64,000 nucleotides of DNA from Roseibacillus sp. (lineage in GTDB: Bacteria > Verrucomicrobiota > Verrucomicrobiia > Verrucomicrobiales > Akkermansiaceae), in contig CBDEUM010000014.1 of assembly GCA_965242925.1 (NCBI GenBank), positions 256,001 to 320,000 on the forward strand, read 5' to 3'. The notes under the pieces are model-generated. The model saw only the letters and a list, made by a program, of their open reading frames with translations. It did not search any database and was not told where the DNA came from. Position numbers and translations under genes: made by a program. Shown in pieces: positions 10,068 through 20,238 of this stretch; the stretch's first letter is position 1; the number at the start of each line of letters is the position of its first letter.

Positions 10068-10907
10068 ATGAATTCCCTCCCCATCGGCGTATTTGACTCC
10101 GGCATCGGCGGGCTCACGGTGGTCAACGCCATCCAGGAGCACCTCCCCAACGAGGATATCGTCTACGTCGGCGACACCGCCCGCGTCCCCTACGGGTCCC
10201 GCAGTCCGGGCACGGTCACCGAATACGCCACCCAGATCGCGGCCCACCTTGAGCACATCGGCGTGAAGGAGATTCTTATTGCCTGCAACACAGCTTCCGC
10301 AGTCGCCCTTGAGGCGGTGGCCGCCCGGACCTCCCTCCCGGTCTCCGGGGTGATCACACCCGGTGCCGAGGCCGCGCTGGAACTCAGCGGTTCCGCCCCC
10401 ATCGGGGTCATTGCCACCCGGGCCACCATCACGAGCGAGGCCTACCGCAGTGCCATCCAACGGCTTAATCCCGCCGCCGAGGTGGTATCGGTAGCCACTC
10501 CCCTGCTGGTCCCCCTGATCGAGGAGGACTGCATGGATGAACCCTTCGCCCCGGACATCCTGCAACACTACTTTGAGCCCACCCGCCTCCATGCGTGCGA
10601 CACCCTCATCCTGGGCTGTACCCACTATCCCCTCCTGGCAGATCAAATCGCCCGGGTCTTCGGCAAGCCTGTCGTCGACACTCCCACCGCCACCGCCCTC
10701 ACCCTGGCAAAGAGCCTGGACCAGAGGAACACTCGCAACGAATCAGACGGGGCAGGCTCTCTCTCCGTTCTCCTGACCGACGACGCCGATCGCTCCCTCG
10801 GAATCGTGTCGCGCCGCCTGGGAGTGCGCATCACGGAAACGAGCAGGGTCGACCTCTCCGAACTCGCGGCACCAGAAACCAGACCGCCCGACTCACCCAG
10901 CGCATGA
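10068..10907 (+). CDS. murI: Glutamate racemase
   Basis: IGVFDSGIGGLTV, PYG, IACNTAS, LILGCTHYP. Confidence 0.97.
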   Translation: MNSLPIGVFDSGIGGLTVVNAIQEHLPNEDIVYVGDTARVPYGSRSPGTVTEYATQIAAHLEHIGVKEILIACNTASAVALEAVAARTSLPVSGVITPGAEAALELSGSAPIGVIATRATITSEAYRSAIQRLNPAAEVVSVATPLLVPLIEEDCMDEPFAPDILQHYFEPTRLHACDTLILGCTHYPLLADQIARVFGKPVVDTPTATALTLAKSLDQRNTRNESDGAGSLSVLLTDDADRSLGIVSRRLGVRITETSRVDLSELAAPETRPPDSPSA

Positions 10908-12781
10908 AACAACTTCTTATCACCTTCCTGGCACTATTTGCCTTTTCCCTCTCAGCAAAGGAAACGCCGAACCTGGTCCTCATTTTCATTGATGACATGG
11001 GCTATGGCGATATTGGCCCCTACGGCTCCAAACTCAACCGCACACCAAACCTCGACCGCATGGCCAGGGAGGGCCGTAAGCTCACCAGTTTCTATGCCGC
11101 CCCGGTTTGCTCGGCCTCGCGCGCGCAATTGATGACCGGTTGTTATGCGCCACGCGTGGGTGTCCCCGGCGTATTTTTTCCTGCCGGTCGCAACGGGCTC
11201 AACCCCGATGAACACACCGTGGCCGATTACCTCAAGGACCTGGGCTACGCCACCATGTGTGTAGGCAAATGGCATCTGGGGGATCAACGGGAGTTTTTAC
11301 CTACACGCCAGGGTTTTGATGGCTACTTTGGCATCCCCTACTCCAATGACATGGGCCGCACCGCCACAGCCAATGGCAAGCGGGTTCATCCTCTGATGCG
11401 GGACGAAAAAGTGGCTGCGTTACTCGAGGATGAAGGCCAGCGGCGCGTCACCCGTGAATACACCGAGGAAGCGGTGAAATTCATTGAGACCAGCAGCAAG
11501 GCGGACAGAAACTTTTTCCTCTACCTGCCCCACACCGCCATGCATGTGCCGCTCTATCCTCATCCGGATTTTGTCGGCAAATCCAGGAATGGCACCTACG
11601 GCGACTGGGTGGAGGAAGTCGACTGGAGTGTGGGACAGCTACTCAAAACCCTGGAACGACTGCAGATCGAAAAGAATACCTTTGTCCTCTTTACCAGTGA
11701 CAACGGCCCGTGGGCTTCCAAGGGCAAGGCCGGGGGGGTATCCGGCCCCTTGCGCGGCAGCAAGGGGTGCACGCTGGAAGGTGGCGTGCGCGAACCCACC
11801 ATCGCCTGGTGGCCCGGCACCATTGCCCCCGGCACTGAATCTGCCGGCATCGCCGGCACCACCGATGTGCTCCCCACCTTCGTTTCACTGGCTGGCGGCA
11901 AAGTCAGAAAAGACATCAAGATTGATGGAATGGACGTATCGACGTGGATGCTCGGCAAAACCGAAACGTCCCCACGTAATACCTGGCATTATTTTCAGGG
12001 CACCAAATTGCAGGCGATCCGGCAGGGGCCATGGAAACTGGCTCTCACCGGTCAATCCCTCGGCATGGGAATTCGCCAGCGCGATGCGGACCTGGCCAGG
12101 GGAGGCCGCCTCTACAACCTGGAAAAAGAAATCGGCGAAATAACCGACCTCGCGGAAGAGAACCCCGCCATCGTCGGAAAACTGGAAAAAATGGCGACGC
12201 AAATCACCGCCGACATTTCCGCCAATAAACGACCAGCGGGGACGGTGCAGAATCCGGTAACGCTTTATCCCACCACCAGCCGCAAGCGACCTGCCAGAAA
12301 AACCAGGAAGCCGGTCAAGCCCATCAACTGGGACAAGGCCAAACTGGGTGACACCTACGCCAGCACCTCGTTACCCGACATGGCCGGCAAACCCTTCACT
12401 ATTCAGATCACCGTGAAAATTGAGCCCGGCAAAACCCCCAATGGCATCATCCTGGCCCATGGGGGCTCCGCGGTGGGTTACGCACTCTACGCCAAGGATG
12501 GCAATCTGATCTTTGCCCTCCGCCTCGGCACAACCGCCGTGCAAAAAATCGCATTTGGCTCACCGGGAGAAAAAATGGAGATCACCGCCTCCCTCACCAG
12601 GGAAAAGTTCTCAATCCAAGTTGGTGAGAAATCTGTCGAAGCAAAATCGCACGGTCTTCTAAACAAGCACCCGCAGGAGAATCTCTGTATCGGTCATGAT
12701 GATGCGAATCCGGTGGACCCCGAAGCCCCAGGGAGCCGTATCAACGGCGTGCTCTCGAACCTGCAGATGACCATCAAGTAA
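10904..12781 (+). CDS. Formylglycine-dependent sulfatase with C-terminal LamG-like domain
   Basis: ATG overlaps murI stop (ATGA); signal peptide; DDMGYGD, CSASRAQLMTG, GKWHLG, SDNG. Confidence 0.92.
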   Translation: MKQLLITFLALFAFSLSAKETPNLVLIFIDDMGYGDIGPYGSKLNRTPNLDRMAREGRKLTSFYAAPVCSASRAQLMTGCYAPRVGVPGVFFPAGRNGLNPDEHTVADYLKDLGYATMCVGKWHLGDQREFLPTRQGFDGYFGIPYSNDMGRTATANGKRVHPLMRDEKVAALLEDEGQRRVTREYTEEAVKFIETSSKADRNFFLYLPHTAMHVPLYPHPDFVGKSRNGTYGDWVEEVDWSVGQLLKTLERLQIEKNTFVLFTSDNGPWASKGKAGGVSGPLRGSKGCTLEGGVREPTIAWWPGTIAPGTESAGIAGTTDVLPTFVSLAGGKVRKDIKIDGMDVSTWMLGKTETSPRNTWHYFQGTKLQAIRQGPWKLALTGQSLGMGIRQRDADLARGGRLYNLEKEIGEITDLAEENPAIVGKLEKMATQITADISANKRPAGTVQNPVTLYPTTSRKRPARKTRKPVKPINWDKAKLGDTYASTSLPDMAGKPFTIQITVKIEPGKTPNGIILAHGGSAVGYALYAKDGNLIFALRLGTTAVQKIAFGSPGEKMEITASLTREKFSIQVGEKSVEAKSHGLLNKHPQENLCIGHDDANPVDPEAPGSRINGVLSNLQMTIK

Positions 12782-12793
12782 TCTGTTCAATTC

Positions 12794-14407
12794 GTGAAAG
12801 TCACCCTTCTTGCCCTTCTCGTGTTCCTGCTGCCCCTCACGGTAGTCGGGGGGAAACGGAAACAGCCGGATATCGTTGTGATCCTGGCCGATGATGCCGG
12901 CTACTCGGATTTCGGCTGTTATGGTGGTGAGATCGAGACGCCGGTTCTGGACAAGCTTGCCGCCAATGGCCTGCGCTTTTCCCAGTTTTACAACACCGGT
13001 CGCTGTTGTCCCTCGCGTGCTGCGTTGCTTACCGGGGTTTACCAGCACCAGGCGGGCATGGGCCATATGGCCAGGGACCGGGGTATTCCCAGCTACAGCG
13101 GCACCATCCTGCCCCATGTGCCGACTCTGTCCGAGCGCCTGAAGAAGGGCGGCTACCGCACCATGATGACCGGTAAGTGGCACCTTGGCACTGAGCCCGC
13201 CCAATCGCCGGTAGCCCGCGGCTTTGACCGCTTTTACGGCACGCGCAACTTTATTGATTCCTACTTTACCGTTCTCAAGCATTGCCAGGTCTTCCTGGAT
13301 GACAAGGAGGTGCTGCCCGGCACCGAGACCCCCACCAACCATCTGCACCCGGAACAGGAGTGGTACACCACGGACGTCTTCACTGACTATGCCCTGCATT
13401 TCATGGACGAAGCCTTTGAGAAGCACGCCGACCAGCCCCTTTTCCTCTATCTGGCCTACAACGCGCCCCATTTTCCACTGCACGCACGGGACGAGGACAC
13501 GAGGAAATACCGCGGCCGCTTTCGGGACGTGGGCTGGGACAAACTTCGCCAGGAGCGGTACACCCGGATGGTGAAGCTGGGACTGATCAAAAAAGAATGG
13601 GCGCTCTCGCCATTGGACGTTCCCAGGTGGGAAACCTACGATGCCAAGCTGCGTGATGAGCTGGATTTCAAGATGGCACTCTACTCCGCCATCATTGACC
13701 GGATGGATCAGAATATTGGCCGTATCGTGGAAAAACTGAAGTCGGCAGGGCGACTGGAAAACACCTTGATTCTGTTCATGGTCGATAACGGGGTGCCCGG
13801 TACGGGCGTGCACGATTGGCGCGGCCTCTCCGCCAAGAGTGGCAAGCATCCCGAAACCCGCGTGGACAATTACGCAGAGTGGGCGAGGCGGGGAGGCTGG
13901 TCCTCGAGTTCCGGGCGCGGCTGGGCCAACCTGAGTAACGCCCCCTTCCGGATGTACAAGCGCTACACCCACGAGGGCGGAGTGGCCACCCCGCTGATCG
14001 TGCACTGGCCGGACGAGGTCAAGGCCAGGGGGGAACTCCGCCACGCGCCCGGTCACTTGATCGATGTCGCACCCACCTGTCTTGCAGTAGCGGGATTGCC
14101 GGCCGAAGGCATGGAGGGAAAGAGTTTATTGCCTGTTTTTGCAGGGGAGAAGAAACAGGACCGCACGCTTTTCTGGGAGCACGAGGGCAACCGTGCGGTG
14201 CGCAGGGGAAACTACAAGCTGGTCGCCATCCATGACACTCCCTGGGAGCTCTATGACATGAGCAGGGACCGCAGTGAATTGAACGACCTCTCCAGTGCCA
14301 TGCCCGGGAAGGTTAAGGAATTACAACGTGCTTACGAGGCCTGGGCCAGGCGCGTGGGCGCAAAGCCATGGAATGAAGTGAACGTGAAGAAGAAAAAGAA
14401 GAAATGA
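12794..14407 (+). CDS. Arylsulfatase
   Basis: DDAGYSD, CCPSRAALLTG, GKWHLG, HEGGVATPLIVHWP, LFWEHEGNRA. Confidence 0.93.
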   Translation: MKVTLLALLVFLLPLTVVGGKRKQPDIVVILADDAGYSDFGCYGGEIETPVLDKLAANGLRFSQFYNTGRCCPSRAALLTGVYQHQAGMGHMARDRGIPSYSGTILPHVPTLSERLKKGGYRTMMTGKWHLGTEPAQSPVARGFDRFYGTRNFIDSYFTVLKHCQVFLDDKEVLPGTETPTNHLHPEQEWYTTDVFTDYALHFMDEAFEKHADQPLFLYLAYNAPHFPLHARDEDTRKYRGRFRDVGWDKLRQERYTRMVKLGLIKKEWALSPLDVPRWETYDAKLRDELDFKMALYSAIIDRMDQNIGRIVEKLKSAGRLENTLILFMVDNGVPGTGVHDWRGLSAKSGKHPETRVDNYAEWARRGGWSSSSGRGWANLSNAPFRMYKRYTHEGGVATPLIVHWPDEVKARGELRHAPGHLIDVAPTCLAVAGLPAEGMEGKSLLPVFAGEKKQDRTLFWEHEGNRAVRRGNYKLVAIHDTPWELYDMSRDRSELNDLSSAMPGKVKELQRAYEAWARRVGAKPWNEVNVKKKKKK

Positions 14408-15615
14408 AAGTCCTTGTGGTTTTGCTGTGCGTAATCCTTGCCGGGTGCGGCAGGGAAAAACAGGATCGGCCAAATACCGAGGAGGAGGATCAGCCGTCGC
14501 GCACGCCCCAGGCTGAGAGAAAGAAGGCGGGCACACTTCTGTGGACTTTTGAAACGGATGGCTCAGTGCATTCATCCCCGGCGGTCGGTACCGACGGCAC
14601 CGTCTACGTGGGAGGGGGCAATTTCGTTTACGCTCTTGATGGTAAAACGGGGGCCAAAAAGTGGGAGTTTGAGGCGAACGGCGTGGTGAGATCTTCTCCG
14701 GCGCTCAGTGATGACGATACGGTTTACATCGGAGGGGGCAGGTATGTTTACGCTTTCGAGGGCAGGACAGGTGTCAAAAAGTGGGAGTTTGAGACGGGAA
14801 TACGAAAGTTAGAATCCGGACCGGAGTACTCGGGTGTGCATGGATCCCCGGCTGTTGGCCCTGACGGCACCATTTATATTGGAACACTGGCTGGTACATT
14901 CTATGCGATCGACGGCAAGGCTGGTATTAAGAAATGGGAAATCGACTTCGTGGCCCCGCTCGATACGTCTGCTGCGATCAGTCCGGATGGTATCGTCTAC
15001 ATTGGCGCTCCTGACAGCCATGTTTATGCACTTGAGGGCAAGACCGGAGAGCTTAAGTGGCATTGTGAAATCGACTTCGGGGTCGGGAATGGTTCCTCCC
15101 CTGCCATTGGCGCAGATGGCACCGTCTATGTGGGGGGGCAAAATGCTACTTATGCCCTCGACGGCAAGACCGGTGCCAGGAAATGGCAGTCTGTGAGGGC
15201 AAGTGGCGTTGTGTCTTCCCCGGCGGTTGGCCCCGATGGCGATGTTTACGTTGGGTCAGAGAATCACGAATTCTATCGACTCGACGGCAAGACCGGTGTT
15301 CCCAGGTGGCTCTTTGAAGCGGAATACTGGATCAAGTCGTCTCCAGCCATCGGTGATGATGATACCGTTTACTTTGGATCACAGGACCAAAAGATTTATG
15401 CGGCGGACCTCAGGACCGGTGCCAGGAAATGGGAGTTTGAAACCATGGGCGGCGTTGGTTCCTCGCCAGTCATTGGTCCGGATGGAATTCTTTATTTGGG
15501 GTCATACGATGATCAGGTATACGCCATCGCGACCTCAAGTTCAGGCTTGGCCAAGGGTTCCTGGCCGATGTTTGGTCAAAACCCCCAGCGCACCCGACGC
15601 GCATTGGAAAACTGA
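14404..15615 (+). CDS. PQQ/BamB-like beta-propeller lipoprotein
   Basis: Lipobox LAGC; about eight ~40-aa blades SSPA.G.DG.VY.G....YA.DG.TG..KW. Confidence 0.88.
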   Translation: MKVLVVLLCVILAGCGREKQDRPNTEEEDQPSRTPQAERKKAGTLLWTFETDGSVHSSPAVGTDGTVYVGGGNFVYALDGKTGAKKWEFEANGVVRSSPALSDDDTVYIGGGRYVYAFEGRTGVKKWEFETGIRKLESGPEYSGVHGSPAVGPDGTIYIGTLAGTFYAIDGKAGIKKWEIDFVAPLDTSAAISPDGIVYIGAPDSHVYALEGKTGELKWHCEIDFGVGNGSSPAIGADGTVYVGGQNATYALDGKTGARKWQSVRASGVVSSPAVGPDGDVYVGSENHEFYRLDGKTGVPRWLFEAEYWIKSSPAIGDDDTVYFGSQDQKIYAADLRTGARKWEFETMGGVGSSPVIGPDGILYLGSYDDQVYAIATSSSGLAKGSWPMFGQNPQRTRRALEN

Positions 15616-15617
15616 CA

Positions 15618-15640
15618 ACTTCCGGTTGGCTACCGGGAGT
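15618..15640. terminator. Hairpin between convergent genes (possible terminator)
   Basis: ACTTCCGGT-TGGCT-ACCGGGAGT 9-bp stem (one G-U) just after the 15615 stop; no clear U-tract. Confidence 0.35.
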
Positions 15641-15692
15641 GAGGCAAAGCAGAAAAACGCTGTCCTCATCCTGATGAAGGTTGATTTCATCA

Positions 15693-16973
15693 TCACATCT
15701 CCTCTACGGCCCTGCCCAGCGCTTCACATGCCCCGGTAATCTCTTCCGTCGTACTGCACAAAGGCGGCATCATCACGATGGTGTCCCTGATGGGGCGGGT
15801 CAGCAATCCGTGGGCGCGAGCTGCGAGACAGACCTGCTCTCCCATGCGTTCCGTGGCAGGAAAGCGTTCTCCACTTTCCTGCCGCAACTCGAGCCCGGCA
15901 ATGAAACCGCATTGGCGCACTTCGTGAACGGAAGGATGAACAATTGCTTCAAGCCCCTGCGTGAGGGCTTCCACCCGGGGCGGAAGCCCCTCCAGCACAC
16001 TCTCTTCCTCAAACACCTCGAGGTTGGCGAGGGCCACGGCACAGCCAAGCTGGTTGGCGGTATAGCTGTGGCCGTAGTGGAAGGTGCGATCCCTCTCCCC
16101 GAGGAAGGCATCGAAGACCGGCCCGGTCGTCATGGTAGCGGCCAAGGGCAGGTAGCCTCCGGTCAACCCCTTGGCCAGACAGAGAAAATCCGGGATAACC
16201 TCTTCCTGCTGGCAGGCAAACATCGTCCCGGTCCGGCCGAACCCGGTCATCACCTCATCGAGGATCAGGTGCACCCCCTGCTCGTCACACCAGGCCCGGA
16301 TCTCCGCCAATTGCCCGGCAGGCCAAGGCCGCATTTCATTGACCCCCTGGACCAGGGGCTCCAGCACCACCGCAGCCGTGCCCGCAATTTCCGCGGCGGA
16401 CAGCGCGCGCAAATCCGCAAGCGAACCCACCCTCGTTGCAGGAAAGCCGAAGCTGCGAAAACGATCGAAAAAGAGTGCGACTCCTCCCAGCGACGCCGCC
16501 CCCATGGTGTCCCCATGGTAGGCATTCTCGAAGGAGATGAACCTGGTCCGTTCGGGCTCGCCGCATTGCTGGCGGTACTGGATCGCCATCTTGATGGCAA
16601 CCTCCACTGCGGTGGACCCGTCATCCGAGAAGAAGACCCGCTCCAGCGTGCCAGGGGGAAAGAAATCAACCAGCCGTTTTGCCAGTTCCGCAGCCCGTGG
16701 ATTGTTAAACCCCAGAAAGGAGGTATGGGCGACCTTCCCCAGCTGCGTCCTCAGGGCGGCATCGAGCCGGGGATGGCAGTGACCGTGGATGTTGGTCCAG
16801 ATGCTTGAGTTGCCATCGAAGTAACGCCGTCCTTCGGCATCGATCACCCACGGGCCCTCTCCTCCCACCAGGATCACCTCCTCACCCACCATCCCCCAAT
16901 CGGCGTGCTGGGTGAAGGGATGCCAGCAATGCTGCCGGTCCCACTCCCGCCAACTGTCTGCGTCATTGCTCAC
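15693..16973 (-). CDS. bioA: Adenosylmethionine-8-amino-7-oxononanoate aminotransferase
   Basis: WHPFTQ, DGSTAVEVAIKMA, AYHGDT.GA, DEVMTGFGRTG, LAKGLTGGYLPL, HGHSYT. Confidence 0.96.
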   Translation of the reverse strand: MSNDADSWREWDRQHCWHPFTQHADWGMVGEEVILVGGEGPWVIDAEGRRYFDGNSSIWTNIHGHCHPRLDAALRTQLGKVAHTSFLGFNNPRAAELAKRLVDFFPPGTLERVFFSDDGSTAVEVAIKMAIQYRQQCGEPERTRFISFENAYHGDTMGAASLGGVALFFDRFRSFGFPATRVGSLADLRALSAAEIAGTAAVVLEPLVQGVNEMRPWPAGQLAEIRAWCDEQGVHLILDEVMTGFGRTGTMFACQQEEVIPDFLCLAKGLTGGYLPLAATMTTGPVFDAFLGERDRTFHYGHSYTANQLGCAVALANLEVFEEESVLEGLPPRVEALTQGLEAIVHPSVHEVRQCGFIAGLELRQESGERFPATERMGEQVCLAARAHGLLTRPIRDTIVMMPPLCSTTEEITGACEALGRAVEEM

Positions 16974-17266
16974 TGTCTCCCCTTGTCGCCTCCTCTCTCT
17001 CCGGGAGCATCCGGATCCCCTTCCGCCAGATCCTTCAGCCGCTTGTCAATCCGTTCGAGCAACTTCCATGGACAACGCCCCCGCTGATACTTGCGCCAGA
17101 GCACCTCGCGCAGCTTGCTCCACTCTTCCCCACTGATGGGATCATGCAGCTGCCACTCCTCCTCATCCTTGAGCTGGGACTGCAGGGTCCAGTTCGAGGA
17201 TTGGTAGGAGGCCCGGTAAAACCGGACTCCTTCCTCGGTGTGTTCCCGCCAGGAGTGCCGCTGCAT
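16970..17266 (-). CDS. Hypothetical protein (98 aa), translationally coupled to bioA
   Basis: ATG 17266; stop overlaps bioA GTG (GTGA); globular-looking sequence with LWRKYQRGRCPW. Confidence 0.7.
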   Translation of the reverse strand: MQRHSWREHTEEGVRFYRASYQSSNWTLQSQLKDEEEWQLHDPISGEEWSKLREVLWRKYQRGRCPWKLLERIDKRLKDLAEGDPDAPGERGGDKGRQ

Positions 17267-17353
17267 GCCCCTCTCCCTTACGGATCTGCGCCCAAATCCC
17301 AAGAACAAACACGATTTGACTTTTTGCCCCTGCCACCTACAGATCGCAACGGA

Positions 17354-18436
17354 ATGAGAGTGCTCAGGAGCGACGCCGCCAAGCTCGTAATCTATCTCAT
17401 CTCCTGCTTCCTCCTGGCCGCCCTTGCCACCCCCTGGCTCTATAATGCCGGCACCATGCTCGGCGAGGCCACCGAAGAGAGGAGTATCAACTGGGTGATC
17501 GACTACATCGGCGAACACGCCCGGAGGGCGGAATTGCCAAAGTACTTCAAGCGCTGCCTGCTGGCAGCAGCCCTCCTGCTGTCGTTCCCCCTCCTCTTCG
17601 CTCTCAGGCTGCGCCGGGAGCCCGCTCCTCTGCGCGAATCTCCCTGGTCGGTCTATCTCCCCTCCCGCATGGTGGCCCCATCAGGCGGGCAACCGCTCCG
17701 CAATAGCAAGTGGGGCCCGCTTCAGCTCCTGACCGGATTCATCCTCGCTGCCGGACTTCTCTTCGGCATGGGATGGCTCCTCATCTCGATGGAATGGTTC
17801 ACCCTCAGAGATCCCGTCCCCTGGGACATGGCGTGGAAAAAATCAGTTGGACCCGCCATCACAGCTTCGCTCCTGGAAGAGATCATCTTCCGGGGCGTCT
17901 TCCTCGGCATTTGCCTGCGTGCATTCCGCCCTGCCACCGCAATCATAGTTGTGTCCCTGATATTCTCGGCCCTCCACTTTCTACAACCCCCGAACGATGT
18001 GGCCGTCTTCGTGCAGGACGCGGTCGTTCCCGCGGGAGCCATCTACATCGATCCCAACAGCCATCTCTCCGGGTTCCAGTTACTCCAGGCCATCGGGATG
18101 CGCTTTCAGAATTTCGAGCTCGTTCTCTTCGAGTTTATCTCGCTGACTGCAATCGGCCTGATTCTGGCCTACTCGCGCTATGCCACCGCCTCCCTCTGGC
18201 TTCCCATCGGCCTCCACATGGGCTGGATCTTCGCCTACATCTTCTTCAAGCGCATCGCACTCCGTGCTCCCGAGCTGGATGAAAACCTGCGCTACCTCAT
18301 CGGCACCAATCTCAAGGAAGGCCTGATCCCCCTTGCTACCCTGTCGCTCACCGCTCTTCTCGTCATGCTCTTTGTCCGAATCTTCCCCAGTCGGACTGCT
18401 CGGCCCGAGGAAGGAACGGTTTCTCCCGGGGACTGA
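17354..18436 (+). CDS. CPBP/Abi family intramembrane glutamic endopeptidase
   Basis: Multiple TM helices; EEIIFRG, FSALH, IGLH.GW motifs. Confidence 0.88.
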   Translation: MRVLRSDAAKLVIYLISCFLLAALATPWLYNAGTMLGEATEERSINWVIDYIGEHARRAELPKYFKRCLLAAALLLSFPLLFALRLRREPAPLRESPWSVYLPSRMVAPSGGQPLRNSKWGPLQLLTGFILAAGLLFGMGWLLISMEWFTLRDPVPWDMAWKKSVGPAITASLLEEIIFRGVFLGICLRAFRPATAIIVVSLIFSALHFLQPPNDVAVFVQDAVVPAGAIYIDPNSHLSGFQLLQAIGMRFQNFELVLFEFISLTAIGLILAYSRYATASLWLPIGLHMGWIFAYIFFKRIALRAPELDENLRYLIGTNLKEGLIPLATLSLTALLVMLFVRIFPSRTARPEEGTVSPGD

Positions 18437-18554
18437 AGCTCCCGCCCACGGGACCACTTCGACAACGGGGCCCGTGACTCAATATTCCCCGGGAACTGTG
18501 TGGCTCCTGTATTGGTCTGGAAATTGGCCCATGGTTCTGAATAGTTCTTCAAAG

Positions 18555-19283
18555 ATGCCCCTCGCCCGCTGGCTCGATTTTCTCTACCCGCCATCTTGCG
18601 CCCTTTGCCGGGATCCCCTCCGGGACGGACGCTACCTCTGCCGCCCTTGCCGGGATGGTCTTCCGCGAATCCTGAAGCCCTATTGCATCCAATGTGGCGG
18701 ACAGATCGAGGGATTCGTGCCTGAGGACGCACTCTGCAGTCAATGCCGCGGATTGGAATTCGCCTTCGAATTTGCCCGGGCGGCCGCCAGCGCACATGGC
18801 CAAACGCGCGAACTCATGCACACCTACAAGTATGGAAGACAGATCCATCTGCATCGTGAGCTCGCGCTTCTGGCCGAAGAAGTCTGGGACGATCCACGGG
18901 TGGCCACGCAATGTGATCCGCCCTGGGTCCTGGTCCCCGTCCCCCTGCACTGGCGACGGCAGCGATGGCGCTGGTTCAATCAATCCTACGAGATCGCTAG
19001 AACCCTTGCCCAACGACGCCAACTGCGCTGTGAGCAGGCTCTGCGCCGCGTTCGCCACACCAATCAGCAGACCCTCCTCAATCGAACCGAACGCCTTGCC
19101 AACCTGCGCGGAGCCTTCCGTCTGAGCCGCCGCCAACGGCGGGTCCAGAGCCTCCGAAACAAGCCTGTTCTGCTTGTTGACGATGTTTTCACAACCGGCT
19201 CAACCGCAGAGGAATGCGCCCGTGTCCTGATCGAGGAAGGAGGTGCCGAAAAGGTGGTTGTCCTCACCGTCCTGCGGGGATAA
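18555..19283 (+). CDS. comF: ComF family phosphoribosyltransferase-like protein with double zinc ribbon
   Basis: CALC/CRPC/CIQC/CSQC, LVPVPLH..R..W.FNQS, VLLVDDVFTTGST. Confidence 0.92.
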   Translation: MPLARWLDFLYPPSCALCRDPLRDGRYLCRPCRDGLPRILKPYCIQCGGQIEGFVPEDALCSQCRGLEFAFEFARAAASAHGQTRELMHTYKYGRQIHLHRELALLAEEVWDDPRVATQCDPPWVLVPVPLHWRRQRWRWFNQSYEIARTLAQRRQLRCEQALRRVRHTNQQTLLNRTERLANLRGAFRLSRRQRRVQSLRNKPVLLVDDVFTTGSTAEECARVLIEEGGAEKVVVLTVLRG

Positions 19284-19389
19284 CATTCATGTGTTCCCCC
19301 ACTCGTTAATTTCCTTTCCGCGCCAGTAATTCCAAGCGAAGAACAGCAACCGTCTCGCCTATTTCTTTCAAGACTCCGCGCTTCCCGCC

Positions 19390-20223
19390 ATGGGCATCTT
19401 TGACAAGCCGAAGCTCCGTCGTGGCAAAAAGAAGAAGGATGTCGTCCCCGACGATCTCTGGACCAAGTGCCCGGACTGCGGTGAGTTGATCCACACTCTG
19501 GACCTCAAGCAGAACTACCAGGTCTGCACCCATTGCAGCCACCACTTTCTCATGGATGCGCACGATCGCATCACCCTCCTGGCCGATCCCGACAGCTTCA
19601 GGGAGACTGACGAATCCCTGCAGTCCGCCAACCCGCTCGACTTCGCAAATTACGACGACAAGATCGCGCTCCTCAAGGAAAAGACCAAGATGAATGAGGC
19701 GGTGGTCACGGGCCGTGCAAGCATTGGCCGCCATCCCGTCATGCTGGCGGTCATGGGATTCAAGTTCTTTGCCGGATCGATGGGCTCGGTGGTCGGCGAG
19801 AAGATCACCCGCGCCATAGAACTCGCGACCAAGGAGGAACGTGCGCTCATTATCATCTCCTCCTCCTCCGGTGCCCGCATGCAGGAAGGGATGCTTTCAC
19901 TCATGCAGATGGCCAAGACCTGCGGAGCCATTGCCCGGCACAACAATGCCGGGCTGCCCTACCTCTCCGTCTTTACCCACCCAACTACCGGAGGTGTGAC
20001 CGCCTCCTTTGCCTCCATCGGCGACATCAACCTGGCCGAACCCAGGTGCATGATCGGCTTTGCCGGACCACGCGTGGTCAAGGAAACCACCCACCAGGAT
20101 CTCCCCCCTGGCTTCCAGACTGCCGAGTTCATGCTTGAGCACGGCCTCATCGACTCCATCGTAGAGCGCCGTTTTCTGCGCGAGCGACTGGTCCAATTGC
20201 TGGGCTACATGATGCCCGTCTAG
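19390..20223 (+). CDS. accD: Acetyl-CoA carboxylase carboxyltransferase beta subunit
   Basis: LWTKCPDC...CTHC, GSMGSVVGEKI, SGARMQEG..SLMQM, PTTGGVTASFA. Confidence 0.97.
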   Translation: MGIFDKPKLRRGKKKKDVVPDDLWTKCPDCGELIHTLDLKQNYQVCTHCSHHFLMDAHDRITLLADPDSFRETDESLQSANPLDFANYDDKIALLKEKTKMNEAVVTGRASIGRHPVMLAVMGFKFFAGSMGSVVGEKITRAIELATKEERALIIISSSSGARMQEGMLSLMQMAKTCGAIARHNNAGLPYLSVFTHPTTGGVTASFASIGDINLAEPRCMIGFAGPRVVKETTHQDLPPGFQTAEFMLEHGLIDSIVERRFLRERLVQLLGYMMPV

Positions 20224-20238
20224 AGTAAACCCTGACTG

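Noticed and set aside
10595..10903. N-terminal extension of the 728-aa sulfatase ORF
   Set aside because: Overlaps murI in another frame; a signal peptide starts at ATG 10904
14387..14404. Lys6 tail of the arylsulfatase as a slippage site
   Set aside because: Mixed AAG/AAA codons, frame intact, normal ATGA coupling to the next gene
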